Source: an uncultured bacterium | GTDB lineage: Bacteria; Chloroflexota; UBA5177; JANWHV01 | NCBI GenBank assembly: GCA_963827235.1 | Contig: CAWHAE010000014.1 | Span: 192,001 to 256,000 of the forward strand | Direction of reading: 5' to 3' | Length of the DNA stretch: 64,000 nucleotides | Part shown: positions 19,430 to 30,089 of the stretch, one piece after another | How positions within the stretch are numbered: position 1 is the first letter of the stretch | How the letters are laid out: each line of letters begins with the position of its first letter | Translations under genes and position numbers: made by a program | The notes under the pieces: model-generated | Database searches by the model: none | What the model was told of the DNA's origin: nothing | The model's input: only the letters and a program-made list of their open reading frames with translations

Positions 19430-21482
19430 TCAGCTCTCGAGATGGACCGGCGCCGGAAGCTCAGCAACCTGGAGGTGGCACAGTACCGTATGGCCCGGTC
19501 CTACGGCCCGCAGAGGCGGGGACTCCAGATCGCAGACCGATCCGATTCTGCGATGGCATCTTCCCTTGAACGGGCATCCACCGGGCCGATTTGACTCGGA
19601 TCTGGTCTCGCTATCCAGTGCCAGGCGATTGTCCGGCCGGTCGGGATCCGGCAAGGGTATAGCAGACAGCAGCAGCTCGGTGTAAGGGTGGTTGGGACCG
19701 GAGAACACCTGCATGGCCGAGCCGCCTTCGACGATGTGCCCTCGATACAGTACCAGCACATGGTCGGCCAGATACCGAACCACCTGCAGATCGTGGGATA
19801 TGAAGAGATATGCCGTACCTCGCTGCCGCTGCAGGTCCTGAAGCAGGTTGAGCACGGTCGCCTGCACCGAAACGTCGAGTCCCGAGACCGGCTCGTCACA
19901 GATAACCAGCTTGGTCCGGGTCGCGAAGGCCCGCGCTATCGCCACGCGTTGCTTCTCGCCGCCGCTGAGCTGCGATGGATAGCGACCCAGGAAGCGGGGG
20001 TCAAGGTTCACGGCACGCAAAAGATCCGCGGCCGCGCGCTCGGCATCCTTCCGGCCCAGGCCGCCGAGCAGGCGCAGGGGCCGCGCCAATATGCCACGCA
20101 CGGTCTGGCGCGGATTGAGCGACATGTCGGGATTCTGGAATACCATCTGCAGCTCGCGCAGGTTGGACCTGTCGCGGCGGCCAATGCCCAGCGGCAGGTC
20201 GCTGCCGCCAAACGTAATGCGGCCTGAATCCGCGGGTGTGAGGCCCAGAATGCAGCGGGCGAGCGTGGTCTTTCCGCTGCCGCTTTCGCCGACCAGGCCC
20301 ACGGTCTTCCCGGCCTCCATGGAGAATCCCACCGAGTCCAGCACGCTCGCGGCTTGTCGACCTCCGCGAAGCATACCGGCCGGGGACCGCCGCGAGCCAA
20401 AGGCCTTACGCACACCGTCGAGCACGAGCAGGCCGGCACTCGTCTGCGACGCCGGCCGGGCGGACTGCTCATCTGCCACGCGGACAGGCGACGGCGTGAC
20501 CACGCGTACCTCCCTCCAGAAGGTGCACCTGGCGCGGCGATCGCCCGCAATTGCTCCGAGCTCCGGGTGCAGGCGACGGCACTCGGGCTTGGCGTACCTG
20601 CATCGTGGCTCGTACACGCAGCCCGAGGGCAGCCATGCCATGCTGGGCATTCGCCCGGGGATAGGTGAGAGCGGTTGCCGAGCCGCCGTGTTCCCGCGGT
20701 CAGGCAGGCACTCGATGAGACCGGCACTGTAGGGATGGCGAGGGGTGCGGAAGAGGTCGCGAAGAGCCCCTTCCTCAACCATCTCGCCGGCATAAAAGAC
20801 CGCGACGCGCTCGCAGATGCGGGTGATGACGGCCAGATCGTGTGCGATGAAGATCAGCGAGGTGCCGAAGCGGCTCCGCAAGTCCTGCAGCAGCTCGAGA
20901 ACGGCCGCCTGCGTGGTGACGTCAAGTGCCGTGGTCGGCTCGTCGAGCAGCAAGAGGTCGGGGCGAAGCGCGAGTGCCATGGCGATCACCACGCGCTGCT
21001 GCATGCCGCCGCTTGCCTGGTGAGGGTAAAGGCGTGCCACCGCCACCGGATCGCTGATGCGCACCTGGTCCAGCATCTCCAATGCACGCCGGCGAGATTC
21101 TCGGCGGGAGACCGCGCCGTGGAGGCGATAGACCTCGGCGATTTGATCTCCGATCTGCATGCTGGGGTTGAGCGCGGCCTGTGGCTGCTGGTAAACCATG
21201 GCGATCCGGTTCCCGCGCAGAGCGCGGATGCGTCGCTCGCTCGCTCTCAACAGATCTTCACCCTGATAAAGCACCGCGCCGGATTCGACGCGGCCAGCTC
21301 CGCCCAGGTAGCGCATGATAGCGTAGGCCAGCGTCGACTTGCCGGAGCCGCTCTCGCCGATAATGCCGTACGCTTCGCCACGCCGGAGTGTGAAGTTCAG
21401 GTCGCGGAGCACCCGTACCCGACTACCGCCTTGCACGATAGGACACGGTGAGGTCCCGCACCTCGAGCAAAGGCCCGGTCAT
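19430..21482 (-). CDS. Opp/Dpp-family ABC transporter fused double ATPase (one frameshift near 21433)
   Basis: Two GESGSGK Walker A motifs and two C-terminal Cys motifs; N-terminus MTGPLLEVRDLTVSY lies in another frame, and its ATG overlaps the upstream stop. Confidence 0.88.
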
Positions 21483-22399
21483 ACCATGTCCTCGTCGTCG
21501 AACTCGCGCTGATCCAGCGCCGACACCAGTTGCTTCAGGCCGTCGGACAGCAGATTGACGCCCACCACGAGACTCGAGATAGCCAGGGCCGGGAAGATCA
21601 CCATCCAGGGAGACACCGATGCGTATTGCTGAGCCTCGCTCACCATCACACCCCAGTCTGGCGTCGGCGGCTGTACGCCGACGCCGAGGAATCCCAGCGA
21701 GGCGATCATAAAGATGGCGTAGCCGAGGCGTATGGAACCCTCGACGGCGAGCACGCCGAGCAAATTGGGCAACAACTCGCGCCACATGATCGAAGGTCCG
21801 CGCTCTCCTCGCAGCTTGGCCGCGTCGACGAACTCGCGATCCGCCAGCGGCAACACGGCGCTGCGCACTACCCTGGCAACCAGCGGTGAGAAGACCAGCA
21901 CGGTGGCAGCGAACAGGCCGAAATCGCCGGGTCCGGCCATGGCCACGATCAAGAGCGCCAGCAGCACGGCCGGCAGGGCCATGGCCGCGTCGGCAAGCCT
22001 CATCAGGACTTCGTCGGCCACACCTCCATAGTAGCCGGCCACCAGCGCGATACAGGTGCCGCAGATGAGCGAAGCGAGCGTAGATACGCCTGAGAGCAAT
22101 AGCACGGAGCGGGAGCCAAAGATCACCCGGCTGAGAACGTCGCGGCCGTGATCGTCGGTGCCGAAGAGATGGTGCCTGCTGGGCGCTGCCTGCAGATCCC
22201 TGAGGCTGAAGCTACCCTTTACCGGATCGTAGGGAGCGACCAGCGGTGCCAGAACGGCAAGCGCAATCCATCCGAGCACGATCAGGGCCCCGAGTGTAGC
22301 TAGCGGCTGCGCCCGTGCCTGACCAGTCCACCAGGCAAGCTTCCGGGACAGGCCTCTTCGCTTGGCGCGCACATCTTCCGGACCTCGCTCCTCCACCAC
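21479..22399 (-). CDS. Opp/Dpp ABC transporter permease (OppC/DppC-like)
   Basis: HLFGTDDHGRDVLSRVIFG, EAA-loop FVDAAKLRG, SLGFLGVG...PDWG. Confidence 0.92.
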   Translation of the reverse strand: MVEERGPEDVRAKRRGLSRKLAWWTGQARAQPLATLGALIVLGWIALAVLAPLVAPYDPVKGSFSLRDLQAAPSRHHLFGTDDHGRDVLSRVIFGSRSVLLLSGVSTLASLICGTCIALVAGYYGGVADEVLMRLADAAMALPAVLLALLIVAMAGPGDFGLFAATVLVFSPLVARVVRSAVLPLADREFVDAAKLRGERGPSIMWRELLPNLLGVLAVEGSIRLGYAIFMIASLGFLGVGVQPPTPDWGVMVSEAQQYASVSPWMVIFPALAISSLVVGVNLLSDGLKQLVSALDQREFDDEDMV

Positions 22400-22402
22400 T
22401 GT

Positions 22403-23353
22403 CTACCTCCCGGCCAGTCGCAACCGTGGGTTGAGCAGCACATACAGAAGGTCGGCAATCAGGTTCGACAGTGAGAACACCAGCGCGATGAGCAGCGTAA
22501 TATCCTGCAGCAGCGGCACGTCCCTTCCCTGCACTGCCTGCAGCAGAAGGCGCCCCAGACCGGGATAGCCGTACAGGCTCTCGGTTACTACGATGCCTCC
22601 CAGAAGCCAGCCGACGTTGGAAGCGATGATCGTGATCGATGGCAGCAGCGCGTTTCGCAGGGCGTGGCGGACGACGACGGTGCGATAGGGCATGCCCTTG
22701 AGCGCTGCCGTGCGCACATAGTCAGTCTCCATGACGTCAATCACGCTGCTTCGCGTCATGCGCACAACATATGCCAGCAAAACGAGCGAGAGCGTGAGCA
22801 CGGGCATGAAGAACGACTGCACAAGCGGCCAGAGGCCCACGGTCGTGTCCAGCGTATTGGTGGCAGGCAGCCAGTGCAGCCAGGTGGCGAAGATCGCGAT
22901 CAGGAAGGTCCCGCTCACAAATTCGGGCTGTGCCACGGCAAGGAGCGAGACGAGCGAGATGATCGCGTCGGGCCAGCGATTCTTGTTCAATCCGGCAACC
23001 ACGCCGAGCAGCAGCGAGGCCGGCACCGTGAACAGGAAGGCCGCACCTGCAAGCAGGGCCGAGTTGCCCAGCTTGTCGAGCAGCAGCGGACCTATCGGCA
23101 CCTGGTAAGTCAGCGAGTCGCCCAGGTTTCCTCGCAGGAGGTCGCCCAGCCAGGTGAGATAGCGAGCAATCGGCGGCTGGTCGAGTCCGAGCGTGTGCCG
23201 GAGGGCGTGCAAGGCCTGCGGCGTCGCCGACTGCCCGAGAATCGCCTGCGCGGTGTCCACCGGCAGGAGGCTGGTCACCGTGAACACCAGAACGGAAACG
23301 AGGAAGAGGACGACCACGATCAGCGCACAACGTCGAAGGATGAATCGCCTCAT
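22403..23353 (-). CDS. Opp/Dpp ABC transporter permease (OppB/DppB-like)
   Basis: LGLDQP...GNLGDS, DYVRTAALKG, HALRNALLP, NPRLR. Confidence 0.92.
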   Translation of the reverse strand: MRRFILRRCALIVVVLFLVSVLVFTVTSLLPVDTAQAILGQSATPQALHALRHTLGLDQPPIARYLTWLGDLLRGNLGDSLTYQVPIGPLLLDKLGNSALLAGAAFLFTVPASLLLGVVAGLNKNRWPDAIISLVSLLAVAQPEFVSGTFLIAIFATWLHWLPATNTLDTTVGLWPLVQSFFMPVLTLSLVLLAYVVRMTRSSVIDVMETDYVRTAALKGMPYRTVVVRHALRNALLPSITIIASNVGWLLGGIVVTESLYGYPGLGRLLLQAVQGRDVPLLQDITLLIALVFSLSNLIADLLYVLLNPRLRLAGR

Positions 23354-23417
23354 TCATCGTTCTCCAGGCCTGCGTAGATGCCGCGCCCGCGGTTCGCGCT
23401 TCCGTTGGCCGGTCTGT

Positions 23418-25004
23418 CTACGACGAGAGCCACGCCGTCTTGTAGTACTGGTTTGTGTTCGGCATGGGCTGGTAGCCTTGCACCCTGTCGCTATAGGGAA
23501 ACACGAACGTTGTGAAAATGGGGATGATCGACGGGCCGTCGTCGCTGATGATCTGCTCAATCTGCTTGAACTGTGCCTTCCGCTTGGCCGCGTTCAGCTC
23601 GGCAGACGAGGCTGCTATCAGTGCATCGAGCTTCAGGTTGCTGTAGTGGGCTTCGTTATATGGCTGTCCGGTGACGTATAGCTGCTGCAGAATCTGGCTC
23701 ACGACCGGACGCGAGGCCCACGACGTAATACCGAGAGGCACTGTCGTCCAATCGGTGCCGAAGTACTGGCCGCCGCCGTCTAGCACGATGTTTATCGTGA
23801 TATTGGCGTCGGCCGCCAGTTGCTGATATGCCACGGCGAAGTCGGATCCGCCGTATGCCGCCTGCGTGGTCAACGTGACCTTGAGGCCGTGGGGATAGCC
23901 GGCTTGGGCAAGCAGCGCTTTGGCTCGAGTCACGTCGCGTTGCCGGATGCCGATGTTGGAGTACCACTGGCCGTACGCGGGCGCAACCGGGTGATCGTCG
24001 CCGAGCGTGCCCACGCCGCGCAAGACCGCGGCATTTATCGCTTGCCTGTCCGTCACTAGCTTGAAGGCCATGCGCACGCGCGGATCGCTGTAGGGTTTCA
24101 TGTCGGCACGCATACGCAGGTTGTTAAAGCCCGTGCCGCCGATCGCCGGGGCGTGGATGCCCTGCACGCCCATCACTGCCTCGGCTTGCGTGGGGGTGAT
24201 GTTGGTCATGGCGTCGATGGTGCCGGATCTCAGAGCGGCTATCTGCGTCGAAACGTCAGGCAGAAACAGAAGCTTGATGCTGTCGAGGTAGGGAAAACCT
24301 GACTCGAAGTAGGCTGGGTTTCTTACCAGCGTAGCGTGATCCGCGGGCACGTATTCCTGCAGGATGAACGGCCCTGTGCCGGATGGGTTCTTGGTGTAGC
24401 TCCCGGCGTAGTTGTTCTCGAGGATGCACATGTGGTAATCGGCGAAGTTGACGGGGAAGTCCGGGTTGGGTCCTTTGAGAGTGAACTGGACGGTGTAGTC
24501 GTCCAGCTTCACCATCTTGGCGATTCCCTGGAACAGGTTAGCCACCGGCGACCCCGTCTTGGGATTCAGCGTGCGCTCCACCGTGTAGAGCACGTCATCC
24601 GCCGTGAACGGCTTGCCACTATGGAACTTGACGCTCTTGTGCAGCGGGAACGTCCATACCAGTCCGTCGCTCGACACCGTCCACCTGGTAGCGAGGTCCG
24701 GGTACGGCGTCAGGTTGTGGTCGAGACGAACCAGGAAGCTGTATATGTTGTCGCCCACCAGGATGGTGGCCACGTCCCCGATCAGCGCCGGATCGAGCGG
24801 CGTGGTCGGCGGTACAACGCCTACGCGCAGCGTGCCGCCCGTCCTGGCGCCCGCGGCACCGGCGCGAGCGCGGCCGGTCTCGTGCAGCCACAGACCGAGC
24901 GCCGACACGGTCAAACCCAGCGCCACTCCCCGTTGCACGAAGTCCCGCCGCGAGACCGTACCGGATCGGTAGGCAGCGACCAGACTCGAGACTTCCTGCT
25001 TCAT
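23418..25004 (-). CDS. Family 5 ABC substrate-binding protein with Tat signal
   Basis: SRRDFVQ twin-Arg signal; PDLATRW, KFHSG..FTADDV, GTGPF, DPRVR; start at 25004 or 25010. Confidence 0.9.
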   Translation of the reverse strand: MKQEVSSLVAAYRSGTVSRRDFVQRGVALGLTVSALGLWLHETGRARAGAAGARTGGTLRVGVVPPTTPLDPALIGDVATILVGDNIYSFLVRLDHNLTPYPDLATRWTVSSDGLVWTFPLHKSVKFHSGKPFTADDVLYTVERTLNPKTGSPVANLFQGIAKMVKLDDYTVQFTLKGPNPDFPVNFADYHMCILENNYAGSYTKNPSGTGPFILQEYVPADHATLVRNPAYFESGFPYLDSIKLLFLPDVSTQIAALRSGTIDAMTNITPTQAEAVMGVQGIHAPAIGGTGFNNLRMRADMKPYSDPRVRMAFKLVTDRQAINAAVLRGVGTLGDDHPVAPAYGQWYSNIGIRQRDVTRAKALLAQAGYPHGLKVTLTTQAAYGGSDFAVAYQQLAADANITINIVLDGGGQYFGTDWTTVPLGITSWASRPVVSQILQQLYVTGQPYNEAHYSNLKLDALIAASSAELNAAKRKAQFKQIEQIISDDGPSIIPIFTTFVFPYSDRVQGYQPMPNTNQYYKTAWLSS

Positions 25005-25294
25005 GCTCATTTCTCCCCACACTCTCGCCGTCAGGCATTTCGCCGCGCGTAGGCCGAACGTGCGAATATCGGCCCGCCAATCGCGGAACGAGTAGCCGGC
25101 ACGGCCTTCAACAGTCCGCGGGCACACCCGCCCGGCGCGACCCGCGCCGTCCCGTCGGGCGACCCCGGCACGCATCTGCTGCGGCCCTAGTCGCTACGCC
25201 GGTTGGCGGCACTCCACTACGGACGATACAGCCCCGCACTACACGGTGCAACCGGGCTACCGCGATTGCGCACCACTTGTTACGCAGATTACCG

Positions 25295-26293
25295 TCAGTC
25301 GGGCGCTATCGGCTCCGGCAGCCCGCTCTTTGCGGAGGCGTAGGCTGCCAGCACGACGGCCAGGGCGCGCGCGCCATCCCGACCCGTAGCGGCAGGCTCG
25401 CGTCCCTCCCGAACTGCGCTCACGAAGTCGGCTACGAGGCCGTCTCTCGCCTCGCTGCCCCATGGCAGGCAGACCGCGTGCAGTTCGTGTGCCGGGTACT
25501 TGTCGATGTTTTGGGCTAACGCGTCCACCATCATCGTGCCTAGTGTGCCGCAGATCTCCATGGTGAGATCGCCCCAGAGGGGAAAGGAAGGCGGCCTGGA
25601 CCAGCTCGGATCGAGAGTCAGGACTGCACCCGAGCGGAACGTCATGGTCAGGAAGGCGGTATCCTCGAGCTCGCCGCGGTGCAGCCCGTTGCTCGTCTCG
25701 GCGTAGACCTCGACCGGCTCCTCGCCAAGATACCAGCGCGCCAGGTCGACCACGTGCACCGTATGATCCATCACGGCGCCACCGCCGGCCAGCCCGAGGT
25801 CTGCAAACCAGCCTGGAGGCATCTGGCCGCGATTGGTAGCGCGAATAGTAAGCACCTCGCCCAGTCTGCCATCCTCTATTGCTCGCTTTGCGGCCCGTGC
25901 GGGAAGACTCTGGCGCATGTCGAATGCCGTGGCGAGCGTCACTCCCGCCTTTGCCGCCGCTTCGATCATGGCTGCCGCGTCCTGGCCGTGGATTGCCAAC
26001 GGCTTCTCACAGAGCACGTGCTTCCCTGCCCGGCACGCGGCGAGACAGAGCTGCACGTGCTTGGCGTTCTCCGACGCGATGATCACCGCATCAAAGGAGT
26101 CCCACGCACCAGGGGCGTCCAGGTCGTGAAGAAAGGGCACGGCGCGGCTGTCGGCGAAGGACTGGCCACGCGCGGCATCGTCGTCCCACACCGCCGCGAG
26201 CGTGGCCTCGGGAAGAACGGCCAGCGCATCGGCATATTCCGGGGCATGCACGTGTGCCGTGCTCAGCAGGGCGAATCGAAGTGGTGCGCTCAT
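25295..26293 (-). CDS. Gfo/Idh/MocA family oxidoreductase
   Basis: STAHVHA, KHVLCEKPLA, GGGAVMDHTVH; ATG overlaps the upstream stop. Confidence 0.9.
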   Translation of the reverse strand: MSAPLRFALLSTAHVHAPEYADALAVLPEATLAAVWDDDAARGQSFADSRAVPFLHDLDAPGAWDSFDAVIIASENAKHVQLCLAACRAGKHVLCEKPLAIHGQDAAAMIEAAAKAGVTLATAFDMRQSLPARAAKRAIEDGRLGEVLTIRATNRGQMPPGWFADLGLAGGGAVMDHTVHVVDLARWYLGEEPVEVYAETSNGLHRGELEDTAFLTMTFRSGAVLTLDPSWSRPPSFPLWGDLTMEICGTLGTMMVDALAQNIDKYPAHELHAVCLPWGSEARDGLVADFVSAVREGREPAATGRDGARALAVVLAAYASAKSGLPEPIAPD

Positions 26294-27285
26294 CTCGCCT
26301 CCAGAGTCAGGGGCTCGCCGGTTGACGCGCTGGCCCTGGCAGCCAGGGCCAGGGCGAGTGCAGCGAGGGACTCCTCCGCTTGTAGGATCGGGCCCTCCCG
26401 CCCGGCAATCACGTCGATGAAGTGCGCGAGCTCGGTCCGGTACGGATTCTCGGTCGCTTCGATGTCGGGCGTCGGCACGTCCGGCGGGCTGCCGGCCGGT
26501 GCGGCGACCGACACGCGAAACGCTTGAGTCTCCCCGCTGTGATAGCGCAGCAGCCCGTCGGCGCCCGAGACCTCGACCATGGTGAGCAACGGCCCGGGGT
26601 GCCCCCAGGTCCCCGTGACCTGACTCAGAACACCCGATCGATGACGGACGGTAGCCGTGCCTTGAGCAAACGCTCGAGGCAGCTTGCGCTCCACCAGGCG
26701 AGCGTACACTCGCTGCGCCGGGCCGAGCGTCTGCAAGGCCCAGTCGAAATCGTGGACCATCAGGTCCACGAAGATGCCGCCGCTCAGAGATGGATCCCGG
26801 TACCAATTGCCGGTTCCCGATGGGTAGAAGCCCTGTCTGAGCATGGTCAAGCTGACGGGCATGCCGATCTCGCCGGCGCGCACCGCGCCGGCCAGGCGCC
26901 GGTACTCGGGGAAGAAGCGCACCACCTGTCCGACGAGGAGCTCTTTGCCGGCCGCTCGCGCCGCGGCAATCATCGCTCGGCCGTCGTCGACTGTGAGTGC
27001 CAGGGGCGATTCACAGATCTCGTGGCAACCGTGCGCGAACGCGAGCTCTGCCATCTTGCGATGCAGCGACGTGGGTAGGCAGCAATCGACGATGTCGAGC
27101 TTCTCGGATGACAGCATCTCGGCGACATCGTCGTACGAGTGTGCTTCGGCAGTGGCCGCGAGCAGCGTCGCGCGATGGTGGTCGGATGCCACGACGGCGA
27201 CCACGTCGACTTCAGGTATGGTGGCATACGCGTGAACGTGAGCGCGGCCCATGGTGCCGGCGCCAAGCACGCCAACCCGGATCAT
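26290..27285 (-). CDS. Gfo/Idh/MocA family oxidoreductase
   Basis: GVLGAGTMG, CLPT..H, CESPLA (EKP variant), GGIFVDLMVHDFD. Confidence 0.88.
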   Translation of the reverse strand: MIRVGVLGAGTMGRAHVHAYATIPEVDVVAVVASDHHRATLLAATAEAHSYDDVAEMLSSEKLDIVDCCLPTSLHRKMAELAFAHGCHEICESPLALTVDDGRAMIAAARAAGKELLVGQVVRFFPEYRRLAGAVRAGEIGMPVSLTMLRQGFYPSGTGNWYRDPSLSGGIFVDLMVHDFDWALQTLGPAQRVYARLVERKLPRAFAQGTATVRHRSGVLSQVTGTWGHPGPLLTMVEVSGADGLLRYHSGETQAFRVSVAAPAGSPPDVPTPDIEATENPYRTELAHFIDVIAGREGPILQAEESLAALALALAARASASTGEPLTLEAR

Positions 27286-27316
27286 GACCTCGGTTCCCTC
27301 CCGCCTGCTTCTGCTT

Positions 27317-28231
27317 TCAACCGATGTACTGCCTCAAGAACGCGGAGACCTGTCGAAGGGCGCGTTCCACATCGGCCGCGCTGGACTCGTATGCGCGATC
27401 CTCGACCTCGACGCAGACCGGGCCGGCATAACCGGCTTCGGTCAGCGCGCAGAAGAACCGGCCCCAGCGCACGTCGCCGAGTCCCGGCAGCTTTGGCCGG
27501 TGGTATGCCAGGGGATTGGCAAGGATACCTACCTCGTCAAGCCTCTCGCGATCGATCCAGACATCCTTGGCATGCACATGGAATATCCGGCCGGCGAACT
27601 CCCGGATCGGCGCGATCTCGTCCATGTGCTGCCAGATGAAGTGGGAAGGATCGTAATTGAGGCCGAAGTTGGCGGCCGGGATGGCGTCGAACATGCGGCG
27701 CCAGACTGCCGGCGAAGAGGCCAGGTTCTTGCCGCCGGGCCACTCGTCCGCCGTGAACAGCATCGGACAGTTCTCTATGCCGATACGTACGCCGCGGACC
27801 GCGGCGTACTGCACCAGTGGCGGCCAGATCTCGAGGAAGAGTGGCCAGTTCTCGTCCAGGCTGAGGCGCGGGTTTCGTCCGATGAAGCTATTCACCGTGT
27901 CCAGCCCGAGCAACGATGCGGCGTCGATCACGGCGCGGAGGTGCTGTGCGCAAACTCGCCGCTCCTCGATATCGGCAGCCAGGGGGTTGGGATAGTAGCC
28001 CAAGGCCGAGATCTGCACCCCGGTTCTGGAAACGAGATCTCGAAGGCGCCCGGCCGCGGCCCCGTCGAAACCGACCACGTCGATGTGCGTCACGCCTGCG
28101 TACCGCCGCTCGGCTCTGCCACGCGGCCAGCAAGCGACCTCAACGCATTGGTAGCCGAGCCGAGCCGCGAGCTGGAAGACGTCCTCGAGCGATGAGTCGG
28201 CCATGATCGCGCTCATGAAACCGAGTTGCAT
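27317..28231 (-). CDS. Sugar phosphate isomerase/epimerase (xylose-isomerase-like TIM barrel)
   Basis: IENCPM, NYDPSH, HVHAKD, EVED metal ligands. Confidence 0.88.
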   Translation of the reverse strand: MQLGFMSAIMADSSLEDVFQLAARLGYQCVEVACWPRGRAERRYAGVTHIDVVGFDGAAAGRLRDLVSRTGVQISALGYYPNPLAADIEERRVCAQHLRAVIDAASLLGLDTVNSFIGRNPRLSLDENWPLFLEIWPPLVQYAAVRGVRIGIENCPMLFTADEWPGGKNLASSPAVWRRMFDAIPAANFGLNYDPSHFIWQHMDEIAPIREFAGRIFHVHAKDVWIDRERLDEVGILANPLAYHRPKLPGLGDVRWGRFFCALTEAGYAGPVCVEVEDRAYESSAADVERALRQVSAFLRQYIG

Positions 28232-28542
28232 ATGCCCTCCCGATCCTGACTACTTGTCGTCACGTGGCAGGTCAGGCGCGGCCGTCTCCGCACGCCGTGA
28301 CTTCGGCAACCGATCGTACTGGCCAAACAGGTGCGAGCGTTCCCGGGATGCTTCCAGCGTAGGACACTAGACCAGCACTAGCGAGGCGTGCAGCACACCA
28401 TGTGTCCAAGGTACGTGGGCGAGTACAGTCCGTCCCACCCCGGCAGAATGAACCGGCGCGCATCCGACAACGCGATCAGGGCATCAGCTATTTGCCCCCG
28501 ATGTCCTTCCCGGTCGTGTGTCGCACCCGGACCCGCTCGTCG

Positions 28543-30006
28543 CTACGCGTGTTGGTACAACGACCAGCCCAAGTAGTTTGTCAACGCTTCGTGGACAGGC
28601 GCCGCGACGTTGGCTTGATTGATCGACACGTGGTGCTCGAAGCCATTCCGGCACATATAGCGCATGAGCTCCTGCAAGCGCGGCACCTTCACCACGCCGT
28701 AGCCGCCAAACGTCTGCAGTGGATCCGCCGTGAACTCACCTTCTCCCAGGTATCCGCGGATCGTACCCTGCGCGTCATCCGTAGTCACGCGGAGATAGGT
28801 GAACGGCGTGGCCCGCACGCGGCCGTAGATCGTGCCCGCCGTCCGATCGCGGCCGACGGTGTCCGAATAGACCGCCTGGAACTCCATCCGCGGCAGCACG
28901 TCCACGAACACCTTCTTGGGCAGATTCGAGCAATGGAACACGATAGCCTTGTCACGGTCGCGTCCATAGTTGTTGTTCCAGTCGACCAGGGCGCTTGGCT
29001 CTCCGGAGGCCAGGGCAAGCGCATACATTCCGACCGTGCCGGCGACGTCGGTCTCGCAGGCCGACGGCATCAGGCTGTTGCTGGCCATGCTCATCACTGT
29101 GCACGGCACAACGCCGAAGTTCTCCTGAAGGGAGCTCCAGCACTGAATCGCGGTAGCGTCCAGGGCAGCCTCCGTCATCCAGCGATCTACTACGACGCTG
29201 AGCTTGGCCATCTTGGTGATCGAGGACGCCGCTATCTGCTGCGTGTCCACGTAGGCCAAGATGATCTGCTGCTTGGCGACCACGTCGGGTTCCTGGTCGC
29301 CGAGACGGTCGATCCGGCCCAATACCTCGGACAGGTCGATCGTCTCCACGCTGATGCCGTGCCGCTCGAGAATCTTCTCGCTGAACCGCACTGTTTTGAA
29401 GTCCGTGGTCCGGGCACCCATCATGCCGACCCGCATACGCCGCAACCCTCGCACCACCCGGCATACTGCCACGAACTGCCGCAAGTCGGCGGCGAAGTCC
29501 TCGCTTTCCGGGTCCACCGTGTGCAGCTCCGTGAGAGAGTAGGGTATGCCGTACTGCTGCAGGTTGTTGCAGACACTCAGCTTGCCGCAGAAGCTGTCTC
29601 TTCTCTCCTGCGGACCCATGCTCTGCGGATCGTCGGGAAACGCATGCACCAGCACCGGGACGTTCAGACCCGAGAGGCGCAACGTGTCTGCCACTGCGCG
29701 CTCGTCGCCGAAGTTTGGCAGCGTCACGAGGACTCCGTCGATCTCGTCACGGTGTTGCCGGAGCTCGTTGGCCAGGACCTGCGCCTCCTGGAGCGACTGG
29801 ATGGCACCGTACTTGGTTGCGCCCTCGCCCGAGATCACCGTCTTGACGCCGGCTTTTGCCAGGACGTCCAGCATTGTCTTGCGTCCGCTCAGTGACAGGT
29901 GCCCCGGGAACGGGCCCCGATTACCCACGATGACGGCCAGCGTGACCGGACGAAGGGCCGGCGTTGTTCCTGTTATCTGCACCGGCTGCGCGACGACTGT
30001 ACTCAT
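28543..30006 (-). CDS. L-fucose/L-arabinose isomerase family protein
   Basis: LPNFGDE, RRDSFCGK, IQCW, ACETD, FHCSN, GFEHHV. Confidence 0.85.
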   Translation of the reverse strand: MSTVVAQPVQITGTTPALRPVTLAVIVGNRGPFPGHLSLSGRKTMLDVLAKAGVKTVISGEGATKYGAIQSLQEAQVLANELRQHRDEIDGVLVTLPNFGDERAVADTLRLSGLNVPVLVHAFPDDPQSMGPQERRDSFCGKLSVCNNLQQYGIPYSLTELHTVDPESEDFAADLRQFVAVCRVVRGLRRMRVGMMGARTTDFKTVRFSEKILERHGISVETIDLSEVLGRIDRLGDQEPDVVAKQQIILAYVDTQQIAASSITKMAKLSVVVDRWMTEAALDATAIQCWSSLQENFGVVPCTVMSMASNSLMPSACETDVAGTVGMYALALASGEPSALVDWNNNYGRDRDKAIVFHCSNLPKKVFVDVLPRMEFQAVYSDTVGRDRTAGTIYGRVRATPFTYLRVTTDDAQGTIRGYLGEGEFTADPLQTFGGYGVVKVPRLQELMRYMCRNGFEHHVSINQANVAAPVHEALTNYLGWSLYQHA

Positions 30007-30089
30007 GACCTTGACCTTCCTCCCAGTGTTCCTTCACACCACAAGCGTAGATCGATTTGGCCGAGCCGCCGACCCACTGCCGGAAGCCG

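Noticed and set aside
21423-21445. Possible programmed frameshift in the ABC ATPase
   Set aside because: No slippery heptamer seen; a single extra base like those elsewhere explains it
28402-29895. 497-aa plus-strand ORF
   Set aside because: Antisense shadow of the isomerase gene; no motifs; expected in high-GC coding DNA
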